Shown piece after piece: positions 8,808 through 20,448 of a stretch of DNA of 64,000 nt (the first letter of the stretch is position 1; every line of letters begins with the position of its first letter). Source of the DNA: Candidatus Poribacteria bacterium (lineage in GTDB: Bacteria; Poribacteria; WGA-4E; JAJDTR01); NCBI GenBank assembly GCA_965222225.1, contig CBDCTK010000002.1:640001-704000 (forward strand), in the 5' to 3' direction. The notes beneath the pieces are model-generated. The model worked only from the letters and a program-made list of their open reading frames with translations. It had not been told where the DNA came from and searched no databases. A program made the position numbers and the translations under genes.

Positions 8808-11800
8808 TTACTTCCTTATCAGCATCTTGCGTGTTGCCGTGAACTCGCCTGCTCTCAGCGTGTAAAAATACAGACCACTGGCGACTGACTCGCCACGCCC
8901 ATTGCGACCGTCCCAATATGCCGCACGGTTTCGGCTCTGGTACATGCCCGCCGCTTGATGCCCTATCGCCAAACGACGAACTGCCGCCCCGTTCATGTCG
9001 AAAATCGTGAGCGTGACCTCTGCTGGTGCCGCCAACTGATACGGTATCCAGGTTTCAGGGTTGAACGGGTTCGGGTAGTTGGGCATTAGCTGTGTCGACT
9101 GCGGGATCATCGATGCCCGCAAGACCTCCAGATTCGCAATCGCTTGGTGGAAGTCGTTTGAACCGTCGTCCACCCGTCGTGCCTGCGAAAGCCAGGCGTG
9201 GATTGTCGCCACGTCCAACCCGTGCGCCGGCGGTGCAGCTGCGCCGCCCATGTTGCTGGCAACCGCAATCAAATCAAATATGTTCACGACACCATCGTTG
9301 TTCACATCGACTGGCGAGCCAGCTGCGACGGACTGCCCCAACTGTTGTGCGACCTTGATAAGGTCGAAAATATTTATGATTCCATCACTGTTGATGTCCC
9401 CGGGCAACCGGCGCTCCTCTATGCTGATTCGAATCGGGTCGATCGTGACAGTTATTGACCCGTCGTCTGCCGTGCCGAACAGCGCATTATTCAGTGTCAC
9501 TGTAGTGTTGCCCTCGGCGATCGCTTTGAAACGAAGGGTGGCGATTGTACCCGTGCCGCTGACGCCATCGACGGCAAACCGAGCGCCACTGATGCCCGTG
9601 ATCGTGCCCTTCTCGATGCGACCGCTCTGGAAGAATGCATTACCGCCGTCGCTCTTGAGGAATTCGCCTTCGATTACATCTACGGCTTCCAATGCCCGCG
9701 GATCAAACGACACATCGAATTGCCAGCCCGCCAAGTCGACCATATTTTCTGCAGTCAGTGTCGCCGCAAATGTATCGCCGACGTGAATATCAGACTCAGA
9801 AAATGTGTACGTTACTCCTGGCGGCACCAAAGAATATTTAGCATCTTGCTCAAGTCCGAAAAAGCAATTCGACCACCAACCGCTCGAAGTCCCAACTGCG
9901 ACCATCAAAACATTCCGTCCTTCCCGAAGTGTTATCGGGAAGGCGTCGGTGTAATCTAAGCCCCAGAAATCTTGTCCATAACTCTCCACAACGACAGATC
10001 CGTTGAGCCAGACTTTTAACGTGTAAGCTGCGCCGACGAAGAGTTGTGTCTGCTGTTCTGATGGCGAATAAATGTCGATGACGCCGTACAAAACGCCGTT
10101 GACGACTCGGCTTCCGAACATCTTGTCAATATTCCGCTCGCCCCTCGGCGGTAGTTTGTGCAACGCCCATGTTACCCGTCCGACCTGTTGTGCTTCGACT
10201 GCACCGGCGGTGGCGACACTATTTTCAGTTACGTTGCCCCCGCTTTTTTCGGCGAGTATGTCTCGATTATCTTTTAGTTCCGCTCCTCGAAAATGCGCCC
10301 ACACCCATGGCCCCTCTATTTTCGGTCCGCCCTCGCCGATAAGCGGCAAGTTTCTTTTGAAACTATATTCTTCGAGGTTCGCAATTATATGATCGATGGG
10401 CGAGAGGTCAGCGATATTGTTACTGCTCGCTTGTAGGCTTGTCAGGTTGGTCAGGCTAGCCAGCGGCGAAATATCGAATATTTGATTACTTCCGATATCA
10501 AGATATGTTAGCTGCGTTAGTCCCGCGAGTGGTGACACGTCCTTGATTCGGTTAACACCGACCTTTAGATGAACGAGAGTAGTCAACCCGGCGAGAGGCG
10601 AGATGTCGACTATTTGATTATTGTGCAACGACAGAAAATCCAGATTTGTCATGTTTGCGATCGGCGACACATCGACAACTGCGTTGTGTTTAAACGTGAG
10701 TCTGCGCAACTTTCGAATGTTTGCGAGTGCTGAAATATCGACCACGTCTCCGCCGTAAAACACGAGTTCTCGTAGATTTGTCAACCCTGCGAGTGCCGAA
10801 ATGTCTTTTGCTGAGCTATCGACTTGTAACCACAGCCACTCCAGCTTTGTTAGGTTGGTTAGTGGCGAGAAGTCAAGAATTGGGGTACCGTGTGTTCCTA
10901 GTATTTTGAGGTTGGTACACTTCGCAATTGGTGACAGGTTGCGTAGCGGATTATCTCCGATCCATAGTTCCTCGAGGTTACGAGCGAACTCAAGACCTGT
11001 GAGATCGGAAATATTCTTGTCGTTTGCTCGGAGTACTGTTAATTTTGCCATATCGTCTGCTCTGATTCTTTTGACCCCGAGCGTTTCAGCGATGACCGCC
11101 CTCAGGTTTGAATCAGGAATGTCGACTGGCGCACCAGGTATGAGATCAAGCTGCTCAACAACAGGTGTGTCGCCGATTGAAGTCGGGAAGTCCAGCGCAG
11201 ATATAATGCCGTCAAACCCCGACGTCCACGTGTCACGCTTGATCTGCCCGCCATCCAACACGAGCAATCCGGCGCTCTGCAGCCCATCGTTCTCACGAAT
11301 CTTTGACAGAAATACTGCCGGTTCTAGCCCGACAGCGGCGGCTGCCTGCGACAAGTCCAGCGGCGAATGAAACGCTTCATGGAAACGAGACACAGGTTCA
11401 ACATCGCCCGCGGTGTTACCTGTCGCCGCCAACGCACGCTGGTAACGCACCTGGTCTCCGTTAACCTTTGAATCCATCGTGGAGTCGGCGACATATAACT
11501 GCAGCGCATGCGGTTTATTGTACGCAGGATTCCGGTCGCTCTCGATGTATGCCCGTACCTCATCATTGATCTCTTTCATGCCTTCAGTGTGGCAGCCGAT
11601 GCACGACAGCCCATTACGCACCGTGGGGTCGCTGGCAGCAGGATTCGACACAATGCTGATCGGCGCATCGTCCAACCGAAATCCGTCGCCATCGACTAAG
11701 TAGTAGCCTTGCAACCCGTTCGGAAGATTGAAGATAACCTCGCCGCCGTCGTGCGTGAAGGCAAGCGGGTGCGTGAAGATGTTGCGAGTTCCAACACTTC

Positions 11801-12848
11801 CCGCGAAGTCGTAGCTCTTCCAGTATGCGCCGTATCGAGACGCATGCCGCTCGACGACACGATTGTGGTTCGATACACCCGAATTATTGAATCCGGCCCG
11901 CCATACCCGGATGCCCGGCGCCGTGAGTATATTGTTGACCACGTCGACCTCGAGTCGCTCTTCCAACTCTCGGTCGGTTTCAGGTAAAGACAGAAGTGCA
12001 TTGTAGAGAGGAGGCGACGCAGCGGTCGCTACGAACCAGTCGATATTCACCGACGGTACAGCTGTTGTCAGCGTGGTTTGCAATTGTGACAGCTGATTCT
12101 TGAGCGCTCTTTGCGCCGGTGCGTTGAACTCCGCGTGGTACGGGTACGCCTCTTCGATCTGCGTCCAGCCGGCGTTGCGGTCCCACTCGTAGTGTCGCAG
12201 GTCAATGTAGAAGATGGTTTGCTGGGGGTCGATGGGCTGCGGGTTAACGATGTCGAGTCCCCATGACAGACTGTTGACCAGTTTTGCGAGTGCTTTGCGG
12301 TATTCGTCCAGAATATCAGCTGTCACGCCCGCATTGTAGAGGTGCGTCATCGTGAAGTAACGGGCGAAGGGTCGCTGAAATGGGGAGATTGTTTTGACGT
12401 GAGTATCGATAGACTTGAGAACGTCGCTGGGTGGAATGAAGCGACGGGTGGTGATGGGGGCTGCCGTCCAGTCTGGTGCGCCGGCTACTATCCAGCGTCG
12501 AATCGTGTCAATCGACTGAACGGGCAACTGGGGCTGTCCGAACGGCATCTGTGCGCCGTTTTCCGTGGGACCGAGTAGGCGCTTATATAACTCGGACGCA
12601 TTCGGATTTCCCGGAACAACCGTACCCCCTTCGATAAGCTCGCTGTGTTCCATGAGGAGCGTTTCTCGATAAGCGCCGTCGGCCCCGTGGCAGATGAGGC
12701 AACTCCCCTCAAAGATCGCATAGGCATCTTGGGCTATCTGCGATTGGGGGTGCACGTTTTGAGTACCTGCGATGAACAAAAAAAGACAGATAAGAGCGAT
12801 ATGAGGCCGAGTCCCAATCGAAGCGGCTATAAAATGATGTTGAGACAT
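8808..12848 (-). CDS. Secreted di-heme cytochrome c / LRR / beta-sandwich / cohesin / dockerin / FlgD-Ig protein, paralog 1
   Basis: AAGGAG RBS before ATG 12848; signal peptide; CLICH and CIGCH; 'PGNPNASELYKR...MP' as in planctomycete cytochrome C domains; internalin-type LRRs; 'DLAGWQFDVSFD' cohesin; duplicated 'D.N.DG..NIFDL' dockerin; 'NYPNPFNPETWIPY...SGLYFYTL' tail. Confidence 0.85.
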   Translation of the reverse strand: MSQHHFIAASIGTRPHIALICLFLFIAGTQNVHPQSQIAQDAYAIFEGSCLICHGADGAYRETLLMEHSELIEGGTVVPGNPNASELYKRLLGPTENGAQMPFGQPQLPVQSIDTIRRWIVAGAPDWTAAPITTRRFIPPSDVLKSIDTHVKTISPFQRPFARYFTMTHLYNAGVTADILDEYRKALAKLVNSLSWGLDIVNPQPIDPQQTIFYIDLRHYEWDRNAGWTQIEEAYPYHAEFNAPAQRALKNQLSQLQTTLTTAVPSVNIDWFVATAASPPLYNALLSLPETDRELEERLEVDVVNNILTAPGIRVWRAGFNNSGVSNHNRVVERHASRYGAYWKSYDFAGSVGTRNIFTHPLAFTHDGGEVIFNLPNGLQGYYLVDGDGFRLDDAPISIVSNPAASDPTVRNGLSCIGCHTEGMKEINDEVRAYIESDRNPAYNKPHALQLYVADSTMDSKVNGDQVRYQRALAATGNTAGDVEPVSRFHEAFHSPLDLSQAAAAVGLEPAVFLSKIRENDGLQSAGLLVLDGGQIKRDTWTSGFDGIISALDFPTSIGDTPVVEQLDLIPGAPVDIPDSNLRAVIAETLGVKRIRADDMAKLTVLRANDKNISDLTGLEFARNLEELWIGDNPLRNLSPIAKCTNLKILGTHGTPILDFSPLTNLTKLEWLWLQVDSSAKDISALAGLTNLRELVFYGGDVVDISALANIRKLRRLTFKHNAVVDVSPIANMTNLDFLSLHNNQIVDISPLAGLTTLVHLKVGVNRIKDVSPLAGLTQLTYLDIGSNQIFDISPLASLTNLTSLQASSNNIADLSPIDHIIANLEEYSFKRNLPLIGEGGPKIEGPWVWAHFRGAELKDNRDILAEKSGGNVTENSVATAGAVEAQQVGRVTWALHKLPPRGERNIDKMFGSRVVNGVLYGVIDIYSPSEQQTQLFVGAAYTLKVWLNGSVVVESYGQDFWGLDYTDAFPITLREGRNVLMVAVGTSSGWWSNCFFGLEQDAKYSLVPPGVTYTFSESDIHVGDTFAATLTAENMVDLAGWQFDVSFDPRALEAVDVIEGEFLKSDGGNAFFQSGRIEKGTITGISGARFAVDGVSGTGTIATLRFKAIAEGNTTVTLNNALFGTADDGSITVTIDPIRISIEERRLPGDINSDGIINIFDLIKVAQQLGQSVAAGSPVDVNNDGVVNIFDLIAVASNMGGAAAPPAHGLDVATIHAWLSQARRVDDGSNDFHQAIANLEVLRASMIPQSTQLMPNYPNPFNPETWIPYQLAAPAEVTLTIFDMNGAAVRRLAIGHQAAGMYQSRNRAAYWDGRNGRGESVASGLYFYTLRAGEFTATRKMLIRK

Positions 12849-12921
12849 GGATTGTATCTCCTTATAAAAATCCAATTTCATGTCTGGACAAATGGGGCAC
12901 TTCGGGCCTCCTCTAAGTTGG

Positions 12922-13004
12922 TCTTTGAAGATTGTACACTGTCCAATCGGTACAGCCGTGATTGTTTTATACCATCACGGGACGGCACGGGGACCGTTCC
13001 CTAC
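12922..13004. repeat. Dispersed repeat family B ending in a GTAG REP hairpin; second copy at 35052-35120
   Basis: 'tctttgaagattgYac...tgattgt...gggacggcac' is present at both sites; 12979-13004 reads GTAGGGAACGGTCCCCGTGCCGTCCC on the minus strand. Confidence 0.7.
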
Positions 13005-13029
13005 AAGCATTGAACGCTATTGCTTTGTC

Positions 13030-16000
13030 TTACTTCCTTATCAGCATCTTGCGTGTTGCCGTGAACTCGCCTGCTCTCAGCGTGTAAAAATACAGACCAC
13101 TGGCGACGAATTCACCTCGTTGATTGCGACCGTCCCAATACAGCGCACGATTTCGGCTCTGATACATACCCGCCGCTTGATGCCCCACCTCCAAACGCCG
13201 GAGGGCGTGCCCGTTCATATCGTAAATCGTCAGCGTGACCTCCGCGGGTACAGCCAACTGATACGGTATCCAGGTTTCAGGGTTGAACGGATTCGGGTAG
13301 TTGGCGAGCAACGCCGTCTCTTGAGGAATAATCAACGAAGCCAACAGGTTTTGGAGATTCGCAATGCCCTGTCGAAAGACAATTGTGCCATCGTCGACAA
13401 GGCGAGCCTGTGCAATCCACGCCTCTATCGTCGCTGCATCTGCCCGTCCTGTGGCAATTGCAGGCGCGGCGGCGTCCGTGGTTTTACCTATTCCCTGCGC
13501 GACGAGGGTGAGATCGAAGATGTTGACAACCCCGTCGCCGTTAATATCCACCGGCGAATCGGAGGGTACGCTTTTGCCCAACTGCCGTGCGACGCGAATC
13601 AGATCCAGAATATTGACCACTCCGTCACGATTTACGTCTCCGGTCAGTAGTCGTTCCTCCACCGTGATGCGGATTTCAAGTGGACCGGCGGGGATACTTT
13701 CCTCGGTGACAGAGCCGAACAGGAAGTTCTGAAGTGTCAGGCCTGTTTCGCCTTCGGCTTTCGCTTTGAACCTCACCTGAAGCACGGAGCCGCTGCCGCT
13801 CACACCGTCTTCGCTGATCCGTCCCGCAATTAGTCCCGTGATTTTACCTGCTGCATTGTCAATGCGCCCACTCTGGAAGAAAGTCGATCCGCCGCCCGTC
13901 TTCAGGAAGTCGCCTTCGCTCACGTCAAGGGCTTCAAGGACGGTAGGGTCGTAGGCGACATCAAACTGCCATCCAGCGAGGTCCAAGACGTTCTCCGCAC
14001 GAATATCAAGGGTAAACGTATCCCCCGAATGGATTTTGGGGTGAGACAAGACGTAATCAACACCGGGCGGTGACAATGTATATTTAGTTCCGGGCTCAAA
14101 TCCAAAGAATCCGTTAGCATAATGGGAATCAGAACCAATGGCGACTAACAAAGTATTTTCCCCCTGCTGAAGGGTGACCGAGAAAGAATAACTGTAGTTG
14201 TCATTCCACCACTCACCATAACGTTCGCAAACTACAGATCCATTAAGCCAAACCCGCAAGCCCCGAACACTACTAACATACATTGTTGTGTCCTGTTCCA
14301 GCGGCGCATAAAGAGAGACAACGCCGTAAATGACTCCGGCAGGGAGACGACGCCCTAACATACCCTCAATATTATCAAACCCCGCAGGAGGAAGTTTATG
14401 GGATGTCCACACGTCGATTCCAATACGGCTTCCTTCTACTGCTCCTTGAGTGGCAACCCCGACTTCTGTTACCGCTCCGCCACTTGCTTCTGAGAGTAAA
14501 TCCACACCGCTACTCAGTTTTGCGTCTGGCAGGAAAGCCCATAACCACGGGCCCTCTATTTTAGGCCCTCCTTGATTTTCAAACGCCGGATTGCCATAGT
14601 ATTCAAACGGCTCTAAATTTCCACGCAGTAATTCATCCAAAGGTGAAATATCGGAAATATTGTTGCCACGTATGTCTAACTCTCTCAGATTAGTTAAATC
14701 CGCCAGTGGTGATACATCCTCAACGGCGTTCCAACCGAAACTTAGAAACTTCAATTTGGTTAGGTTTCTCAAGGGTGAAATGTCGACTAGGTTATCATTA
14801 GAGTGAAGATCTAACCATTCAAGATGAATTAAATTAGCAAGAGGCGAAATGTCTTCTATGTTCTGGTGTCTAAAACGAAGCTTTCTCAACTGTGTCAAGC
14901 CGGACACAGTTGAAATACCCTGTCCACCTGTAGGACCTCCATAAAATTGGAGTTCCCTTAAATTGGTCAAACGAGTTAAGAACGAAAGATCGTCACTTTT
15001 AAACTCTCGTACCTCCAGAATTTCTAATTTTGTTAAGTTTGCTAAAGGTGATAAATCTGTTTTAGGCGGATTGTGTCCCCACATGAATAAACGAACTAGA
15101 TTAACACACCCGGAAAGTGGAGAAAAATCGGATATTGGATTGCCTGAAATATTCAATTCTTCCAGATTTACCGCAAATTCCAATCCCGTTATGTCTGAAA
15201 TATTCCTTTCTTTTGCGTTAAGGGTGGTTAATGTTGCCATCGTCGAAGGTCTGATTGCTTTGGTTCCGAGCGCTTCTTCAAGCAAGGCTCGAAGGTTCGG
15301 ATCCGGGATATCAACAAGCCGACCCGGTATCACATCCGGCTGTGTTATAACCGGAGATTCTCCTACGAGTTGTGGGTAATCCAACGCATAAACCACATCT
15401 CGGAAACTGGATGTCCAGGTGTCCCGCTGCACACTCCCGTTCTCGCCCTCTAACGCCAGTAAGCCTACGTTCTGAAGTCCCGTGTTTTCACGTACCTTCT
15501 CCAAGAACGTATCGGTTTCTAAACCAACCACGGCAGCAGCATACGCCGCATCCACAGGTCCCTGGAACGCCTCATGGAAACGGGAAATCGGTTCAACACC
15601 GCCAACCGCACCGCCCGTGGCTTCAAGCGCTTCCCGATAGCGCTCCATGTCGACACCCACACGAGCGTCCATGTCTGACTTGTCGACGTAGAGTCGAAGC
15701 GCCTGCGCTTTGTTGTAAGGCGGATTGGAGTTACTCTCAATCACGGAACGTACTTGGTCTTCGAAGGTCTTCATCCCTTCCGTATGGCAACCGATACAAG
15801 AAAGCCCGTTGCGCACCGTCGGGTCACTCGCGGCGGGATTGGAAACGATGTTTATCGGCGCCTCGTCGAGACGGAAACTGGACGCATTGACAAGGTAGTA
15901 TCCCTGCAATCCGTTTGGAAGATTGAAGATTGCCTCACCGCCATCGTGGTTGAAATTAAGCGGGTGGGTAAAGATGTTCTGAGTCCCGACACTCCCGGCA

Positions 16001-17043
16001 AAGTCATAGCTTTTCCAGTACGCCCCATAGCGAGAGGTATGCCGTTCCACGACTCGGTTGTTAGTAGAGACACCCGAATTGTTGAACCCCGCCCGCCAAA
16101 CGCGAACCCCCGGTGCATTTGTGAGGTTACCAACCACGTCAACATCCAGTTGTTGCTCTAATTCCCCGTCCGTTAATGGCAGAGAAAGCAGTTCATGATA
16201 CAGAGGCGGGGTGGATGCTGTTGCAAGAAACCAATCGATATGAACGGATGGTATAACGCAGTTCATCTGTGTCTGTAACCGCCCCAGTTGTCCCCGCAGT
16301 CCACTCTGTGCCGGCGCGTCAAACGCGATGTGATAGGGATACGCTTCCTCTATCTTCGTCCAGCCGTCGATGCGATCCCACTCGTAGTGTCGCAAGTCGA
16401 TGTAGAAGATGGTTGCTTGCGGGTCGATGGGGCTTGGGTTGGTGACTGTAAGCCCCCATGACAGGCTGTTAACCAGTTTCGAGAGCGCTTTTCGGTACTC
16501 ACGAAGTATCTCCGCCGTTTCACCAGCATTATGGAGATGGGTAAGAGTGAAGTAGCGTGCAAACGCGCGGTCAAACGGTTCGAGTGTGTTGAGGTGCGTC
16601 TCAATAGTATTGAGTGTTTCACCGGGCGAGATAAATCGGCTATCGATTGTGCGGGTCACCGCCCAATCGGGTGCGCCGGTTAGTATCCAACGTCGAATGG
16701 TGTCAATCGACTGAGCGGGCAATTGGGGTTGATTAAACGGCATCTGTACGCCATTTTCCGTGTTTCCAAGCAGGCGCTTGTACAACTCGGACGCATTCGG
16801 ATTTCCCGGAATAACCGTACCCCCTTCGATAAGCTCGCTGTGTTCCATAAGGAGCGTCTCTCGATAAGCGCCGTCGGGTCCGTGGCAGATAAGACAACTC
16901 GCTTCAAAGATGGCGTGTGCGTCTCGGGCTACTTGTGGTTGAGCGGATAGGTTTTGAATACCCACGATGAACGACAGTAGACCGATGAGCGCAATGTAAT
17001 GCCCAGCGCCAACCAATGCAAATATGGAATAACGTTTGAACAT
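13030..17043 (-). CDS. Secreted di-heme cytochrome c / LRR / cohesin / dockerin / FlgD-Ig protein, paralog 2
   Basis: Same architecture and motifs as paralog 1; AAGGAG RBS before ATG 17043. Confidence 0.85.
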   Translation of the reverse strand: MFKRYSIFALVGAGHYIALIGLLSFIVGIQNLSAQPQVARDAHAIFEASCLICHGPDGAYRETLLMEHSELIEGGTVIPGNPNASELYKRLLGNTENGVQMPFNQPQLPAQSIDTIRRWILTGAPDWAVTRTIDSRFISPGETLNTIETHLNTLEPFDRAFARYFTLTHLHNAGETAEILREYRKALSKLVNSLSWGLTVTNPSPIDPQATIFYIDLRHYEWDRIDGWTKIEEAYPYHIAFDAPAQSGLRGQLGRLQTQMNCVIPSVHIDWFLATASTPPLYHELLSLPLTDGELEQQLDVDVVGNLTNAPGVRVWRAGFNNSGVSTNNRVVERHTSRYGAYWKSYDFAGSVGTQNIFTHPLNFNHDGGEAIFNLPNGLQGYYLVNASSFRLDEAPINIVSNPAASDPTVRNGLSCIGCHTEGMKTFEDQVRSVIESNSNPPYNKAQALRLYVDKSDMDARVGVDMERYREALEATGGAVGGVEPISRFHEAFQGPVDAAYAAAVVGLETDTFLEKVRENTGLQNVGLLALEGENGSVQRDTWTSSFRDVVYALDYPQLVGESPVITQPDVIPGRLVDIPDPNLRALLEEALGTKAIRPSTMATLTTLNAKERNISDITGLEFAVNLEELNISGNPISDFSPLSGCVNLVRLFMWGHNPPKTDLSPLANLTKLEILEVREFKSDDLSFLTRLTNLRELQFYGGPTGGQGISTVSGLTQLRKLRFRHQNIEDISPLANLIHLEWLDLHSNDNLVDISPLRNLTKLKFLSFGWNAVEDVSPLADLTNLRELDIRGNNISDISPLDELLRGNLEPFEYYGNPAFENQGGPKIEGPWLWAFLPDAKLSSGVDLLSEASGGAVTEVGVATQGAVEGSRIGIDVWTSHKLPPAGFDNIEGMLGRRLPAGVIYGVVSLYAPLEQDTTMYVSSVRGLRVWLNGSVVCERYGEWWNDNYSYSFSVTLQQGENTLLVAIGSDSHYANGFFGFEPGTKYTLSPPGVDYVLSHPKIHSGDTFTLDIRAENVLDLAGWQFDVAYDPTVLEALDVSEGDFLKTGGGSTFFQSGRIDNAAGKITGLIAGRISEDGVSGSGSVLQVRFKAKAEGETGLTLQNFLFGSVTEESIPAGPLEIRITVEERLLTGDVNRDGVVNILDLIRVARQLGKSVPSDSPVDINGDGVVNIFDLTLVAQGIGKTTDAAAPAIATGRADAATIEAWIAQARLVDDGTIVFRQGIANLQNLLASLIIPQETALLANYPNPFNPETWIPYQLAVPAEVTLTIYDMNGHALRRLEVGHQAAGMYQSRNRALYWDGRNQRGEFVASGLYFYTLRAGEFTATRKMLIRK

Positions 17044-19199
17044 GGAGTATCTCCTTACAAATACCAACTACCAATTTCGTGGCGAAGTAGGAGCGATCTC
17101 CGAATCGCGACCATAGTTTTCTGTAGGGTGGACACTGCCCACCATTCCCGCTTTTTCACCAATTATATTCCGTGTAGCTTGTCCAAGGTGTACACCGTAA
17201 CCAAGCGAACGATCAAACAAGCGAATAGAGAGCAGAATTTTCTATCGCCTTCACTATTCGTTCGGTTGATCGATAGAGATCTTCACCGAATCGTGACATC
17301 ATGACTCTACTTCTGTACCAGCATCTTGCGGGTTGCCGTGAACTCGCCCGCCCGCAACGTGTAAAAGTATAAACCACTGGCGACTGACTCGCCACGCCCA
17401 TTGCGACCGTCCCAATATGCCGCACGGTTTCGGCTCTGGTACATGCCCGCCGCTTGATGCCCTATCGCCAAACGCCGAACTACCGCCCCGTTCATGTCGT
17501 AAATCGTGAGCGTGACCTCTGCTGGTGCCGCCAACTGATACGGTATCCAGGTTTCAGGGTTGAACGGATTCGGGTAGTTGGCGAGCAACGCCGTCTCTTG
17601 AGGAATAATCAGCGAGGCCAACAGGTTTTGGAGATTCGCAATGCCCTGTCGAAAGACAATTGTGCCATCGTCGACAAGGCGAGCCTGTGCAATCCACGCC
17701 TCTATCGTCGCTGCATCTGCCCGTCCTGTGGCAATTGCAGGCGCGGCGGCGTCCGTGGTTTTACCTATTCCCTGCGCCACGAGGGTGAGATCGAAGATGT
17801 TGACAACCCCATCGCCGTTAATATCCACCGGCGAATCGGAGGGTACGCTTTTGCCCAACTGCCGTGCGACGCGAATCAGATCCAGAATATTGACCACTCC
17901 ATCACGATTTACGTCTCCGGTCAGTAGTCGTTCCTCCACCGTGATGCGGATTTCAAGCGGCCCGGCGGGGATACTTTCCTCGGTGTCAGAGCCGAACAGG
18001 AAGTTCTGAAGGGCTAATTCCGTTTCACCTTCGGATTTTGCCTTGAGCCTCACCTGAAGCAGGGAACCGGTGCCACTCACGCCGCCTTCGCTGATCCGTC
18101 CCGCAATTAGTCCCGTGATTTTACCTGCTGCATTGTCAATACTCCCGCTCTGGAAGAAGGTCGCTCCGCCGCCCGTCTTCAGGAAGTCGCCTTCGCTTAC
18201 TTCAATCGCTTCAAGGTCAGCCGGGTCGAAGGCAATATCAAACTGCCATCCCGCCAAGTCGGAGACGTTTTCTGCACGCACATCGAATTCAAACGTGTCG
18301 CCGATGTGAACTGGAGTTTCGGAAAAGGAGTAGCCGACGCCCGTTCCCACGGTGTATTCAGTGCCCGGTTTAAAGCCAAAAAAGGAGCTGTCCCGAGCTG
18401 CAAATGCGACTAATAGGACATTTTTGCCTTGCCGGAGAGTGACCGGTAGAAAATCCGTGTAATCATGTGTTGCATGGTAGCGAAGGGACTGGTAGATCAG
18501 ATCGCCATTGAGCCAAACCTTAAAACTGTGAGTGCTTCCAACATATATCGTCGTGTCTTGCTGTCGCGGCGAGTAAAGGGACACAGTACCATAGACGATG
18601 GCATCATCAATTCTCCTTCCAAGCAGGTCTTCAACGTTATGATTCCCCGTCACTGGAAGTTTACGAGAAGTCCACACGTCACCTCCGACCAATTGTCCTG
18701 CGGTTGCTCCGTTGGTAGAAATCTCATTTTCTTTCACCGCGCCGCCACTCATGTCCGCCAATAGATCTGTGCTCTTATCCAATGCTGTGTTCGGTAACAC
18801 GACCCAGAACCAGGGGCCTTCTATTTTCGGAGCTTCTATAGGGAACGCCGGATTGCCGTACCAATGGAGTGTTAGGGTTTCGCGTAGCTCATCCAAAGGT
18901 CGAATGTCAGTGATTTTATTGTTATAGACGCCCAGCCATTTCAAGTTGGTTAGGGCCACGAGCGGCGTCACGTCGGATATGTTGTTTCCTCCAACGTTCA
19001 GCCATCTTAAGTTGGTTAGCTTTGCAAGCGGTGCTACGTTCGATATGTTCTGGTTTCGTCCAGCGTTTAGCGTTTCCAAGCTAATTAGCCCGGCAAGCGG
19101 GGATATGTCCGATACTCTATTGGCGCTAAATGTTAGATCGGTTAACTGGGTTAATCTTGCAAGAGCCGATATATCCGATATTTGGTTATCATAGAATTT

Positions 19200-20448
19200 C
19201 GGAATTAGTAGCTTGTAGCTTTTAGACTGACGACAAACATAAAACTTGGTACCCTGTCGTAAATCTTTTCGTCACACGTAGATGTCCATAGTGACTATTC
19301 TTCTCGTAGGAGTTTGCTATGGACATTTTGAATCTTATGAAAGAGTTTCCAAATCAAGAATCTTGTCTCAGATTTATAGAGGAAAAACGTTGGAAGGACG
19401 GTGTTTGCTGTATCCACTGTGGCAGTGAAAAAGTTGGACGCAAGAACAAAAACGACATTACTACTGGTTGGAATTGCTACGATTGTGAATCTAGCTTTTC
19501 GGCTACAGCAGGAACCATCTTCCATGGTACCAAGATACCTCTCCAGAAATGGTTTTTGGCTATCTCAATTCTTTCCAATGCCAAGAAAAGCATATCGAGT
19601 TGTCAGCTTGCTCGTGACTTGGACATGAATCAAAAGTCCGCTTGGTATATGGCAATGCGCCTCCGTGAGAAAATGAGTGATAGTGATGAATTGCTGAAAG
19701 GGATAGTTGAAGCGGACGAAACCTATGTCGGCGGCAAACCCAGAGCAAAATCTAAGAGAGGTAGAGGCACAAATAAATCTCCCGTCATCGGCGTAGTCGA
19801 GAGAGGCGGTCGGGTGGTTGCTAAATTCATGAAGGTTCTATCTGGTGAAAATATCAGAGAATTCATCCTTAGCAATGTCTCACCCGATGAGTCTATTCTT
19901 ATGACTGATGAATTTCGCTCTTACAATAGTCTGGACGAAGATATCGAAAGACATGTTATCCATCACCAAGAGAGATATGTTTCTGAGGACGGCGTAACTC
20001 ACACCAACACCATCGAGTCGTTTTGGGCTTGTGTCAAGAGGTCATTCTACGGAACGCATCATCACTACAGCAAGAAGTGGCTGCCACTGTATATCATGGA
20101 GTCTTGCTGGAAATATAATCGCAGAAAAGATGATGAGATTTTCATAAGATTTTTTGATGAATGCTTCACCTGAGCCACATGAATTGTTTGGCTATCGGTA
20201 TATTCTGTCAACGACAACATCATGGTGTGCTGAAAATCCCATAGTGTTGGAAATTAAAATCCCGCAGATAACCCGCAATGCTCCCGCGAGCATGTACAAA
20301 CGCTTGGTCAACATGATATGCCTCCATTTCTCTCTTATAGAGATGTATTTTAGTGTGAATCAAGATTCCGAACACTGTCTAAAGTTATTGTACATTAAGA
20401 AGAGAAAAGCAAGCAAATCGACCAAAAAGCAGTTAACTACTAAGTCCC
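19200..20448 (+). mobile_element. IS1595-family insertion sequence, 1249 bp
   Basis: Imperfect terminal inverted repeats CGGAATTAGTAG and (reverse complement) GGGACTTAGTAG; 8-bp target duplication TAGAATTT at 19192-19199 and 20449-20456. Confidence 0.92.
19319..20173 (+). CDS. IS1595-family (ISXO2-like) transposase
   Basis: N-terminal zinc ribbon (CIHC...CYDC), 'GTIFHGTKIPL', 'VEADETYVGG', 'LMTDE', 'TNTIESFW'. Confidence 0.95.
   Translation: MDILNLMKEFPNQESCLRFIEEKRWKDGVCCIHCGSEKVGRKNKNDITTGWNCYDCESSFSATAGTIFHGTKIPLQKWFLAISILSNAKKSISSCQLARDLDMNQKSAWYMAMRLREKMSDSDELLKGIVEADETYVGGKPRAKSKRGRGTNKSPVIGVVERGGRVVAKFMKVLSGENIREFILSNVSPDESILMTDEFRSYNSLDEDIERHVIHHQERYVSEDGVTHTNTIESFWACVKRSFYGTHHHYSKKWLPLYIMESCWKYNRRKDDEIFIRFFDECFT

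Noticed and set aside
9079-18764. Long plus-strand ORFs opposite the cytochrome/LRR genes (e.g. 9079-9786, 12880-13650)
   Set aside because: They are antisense shadows of well-supported genes and recur only because the genes are paralogous.
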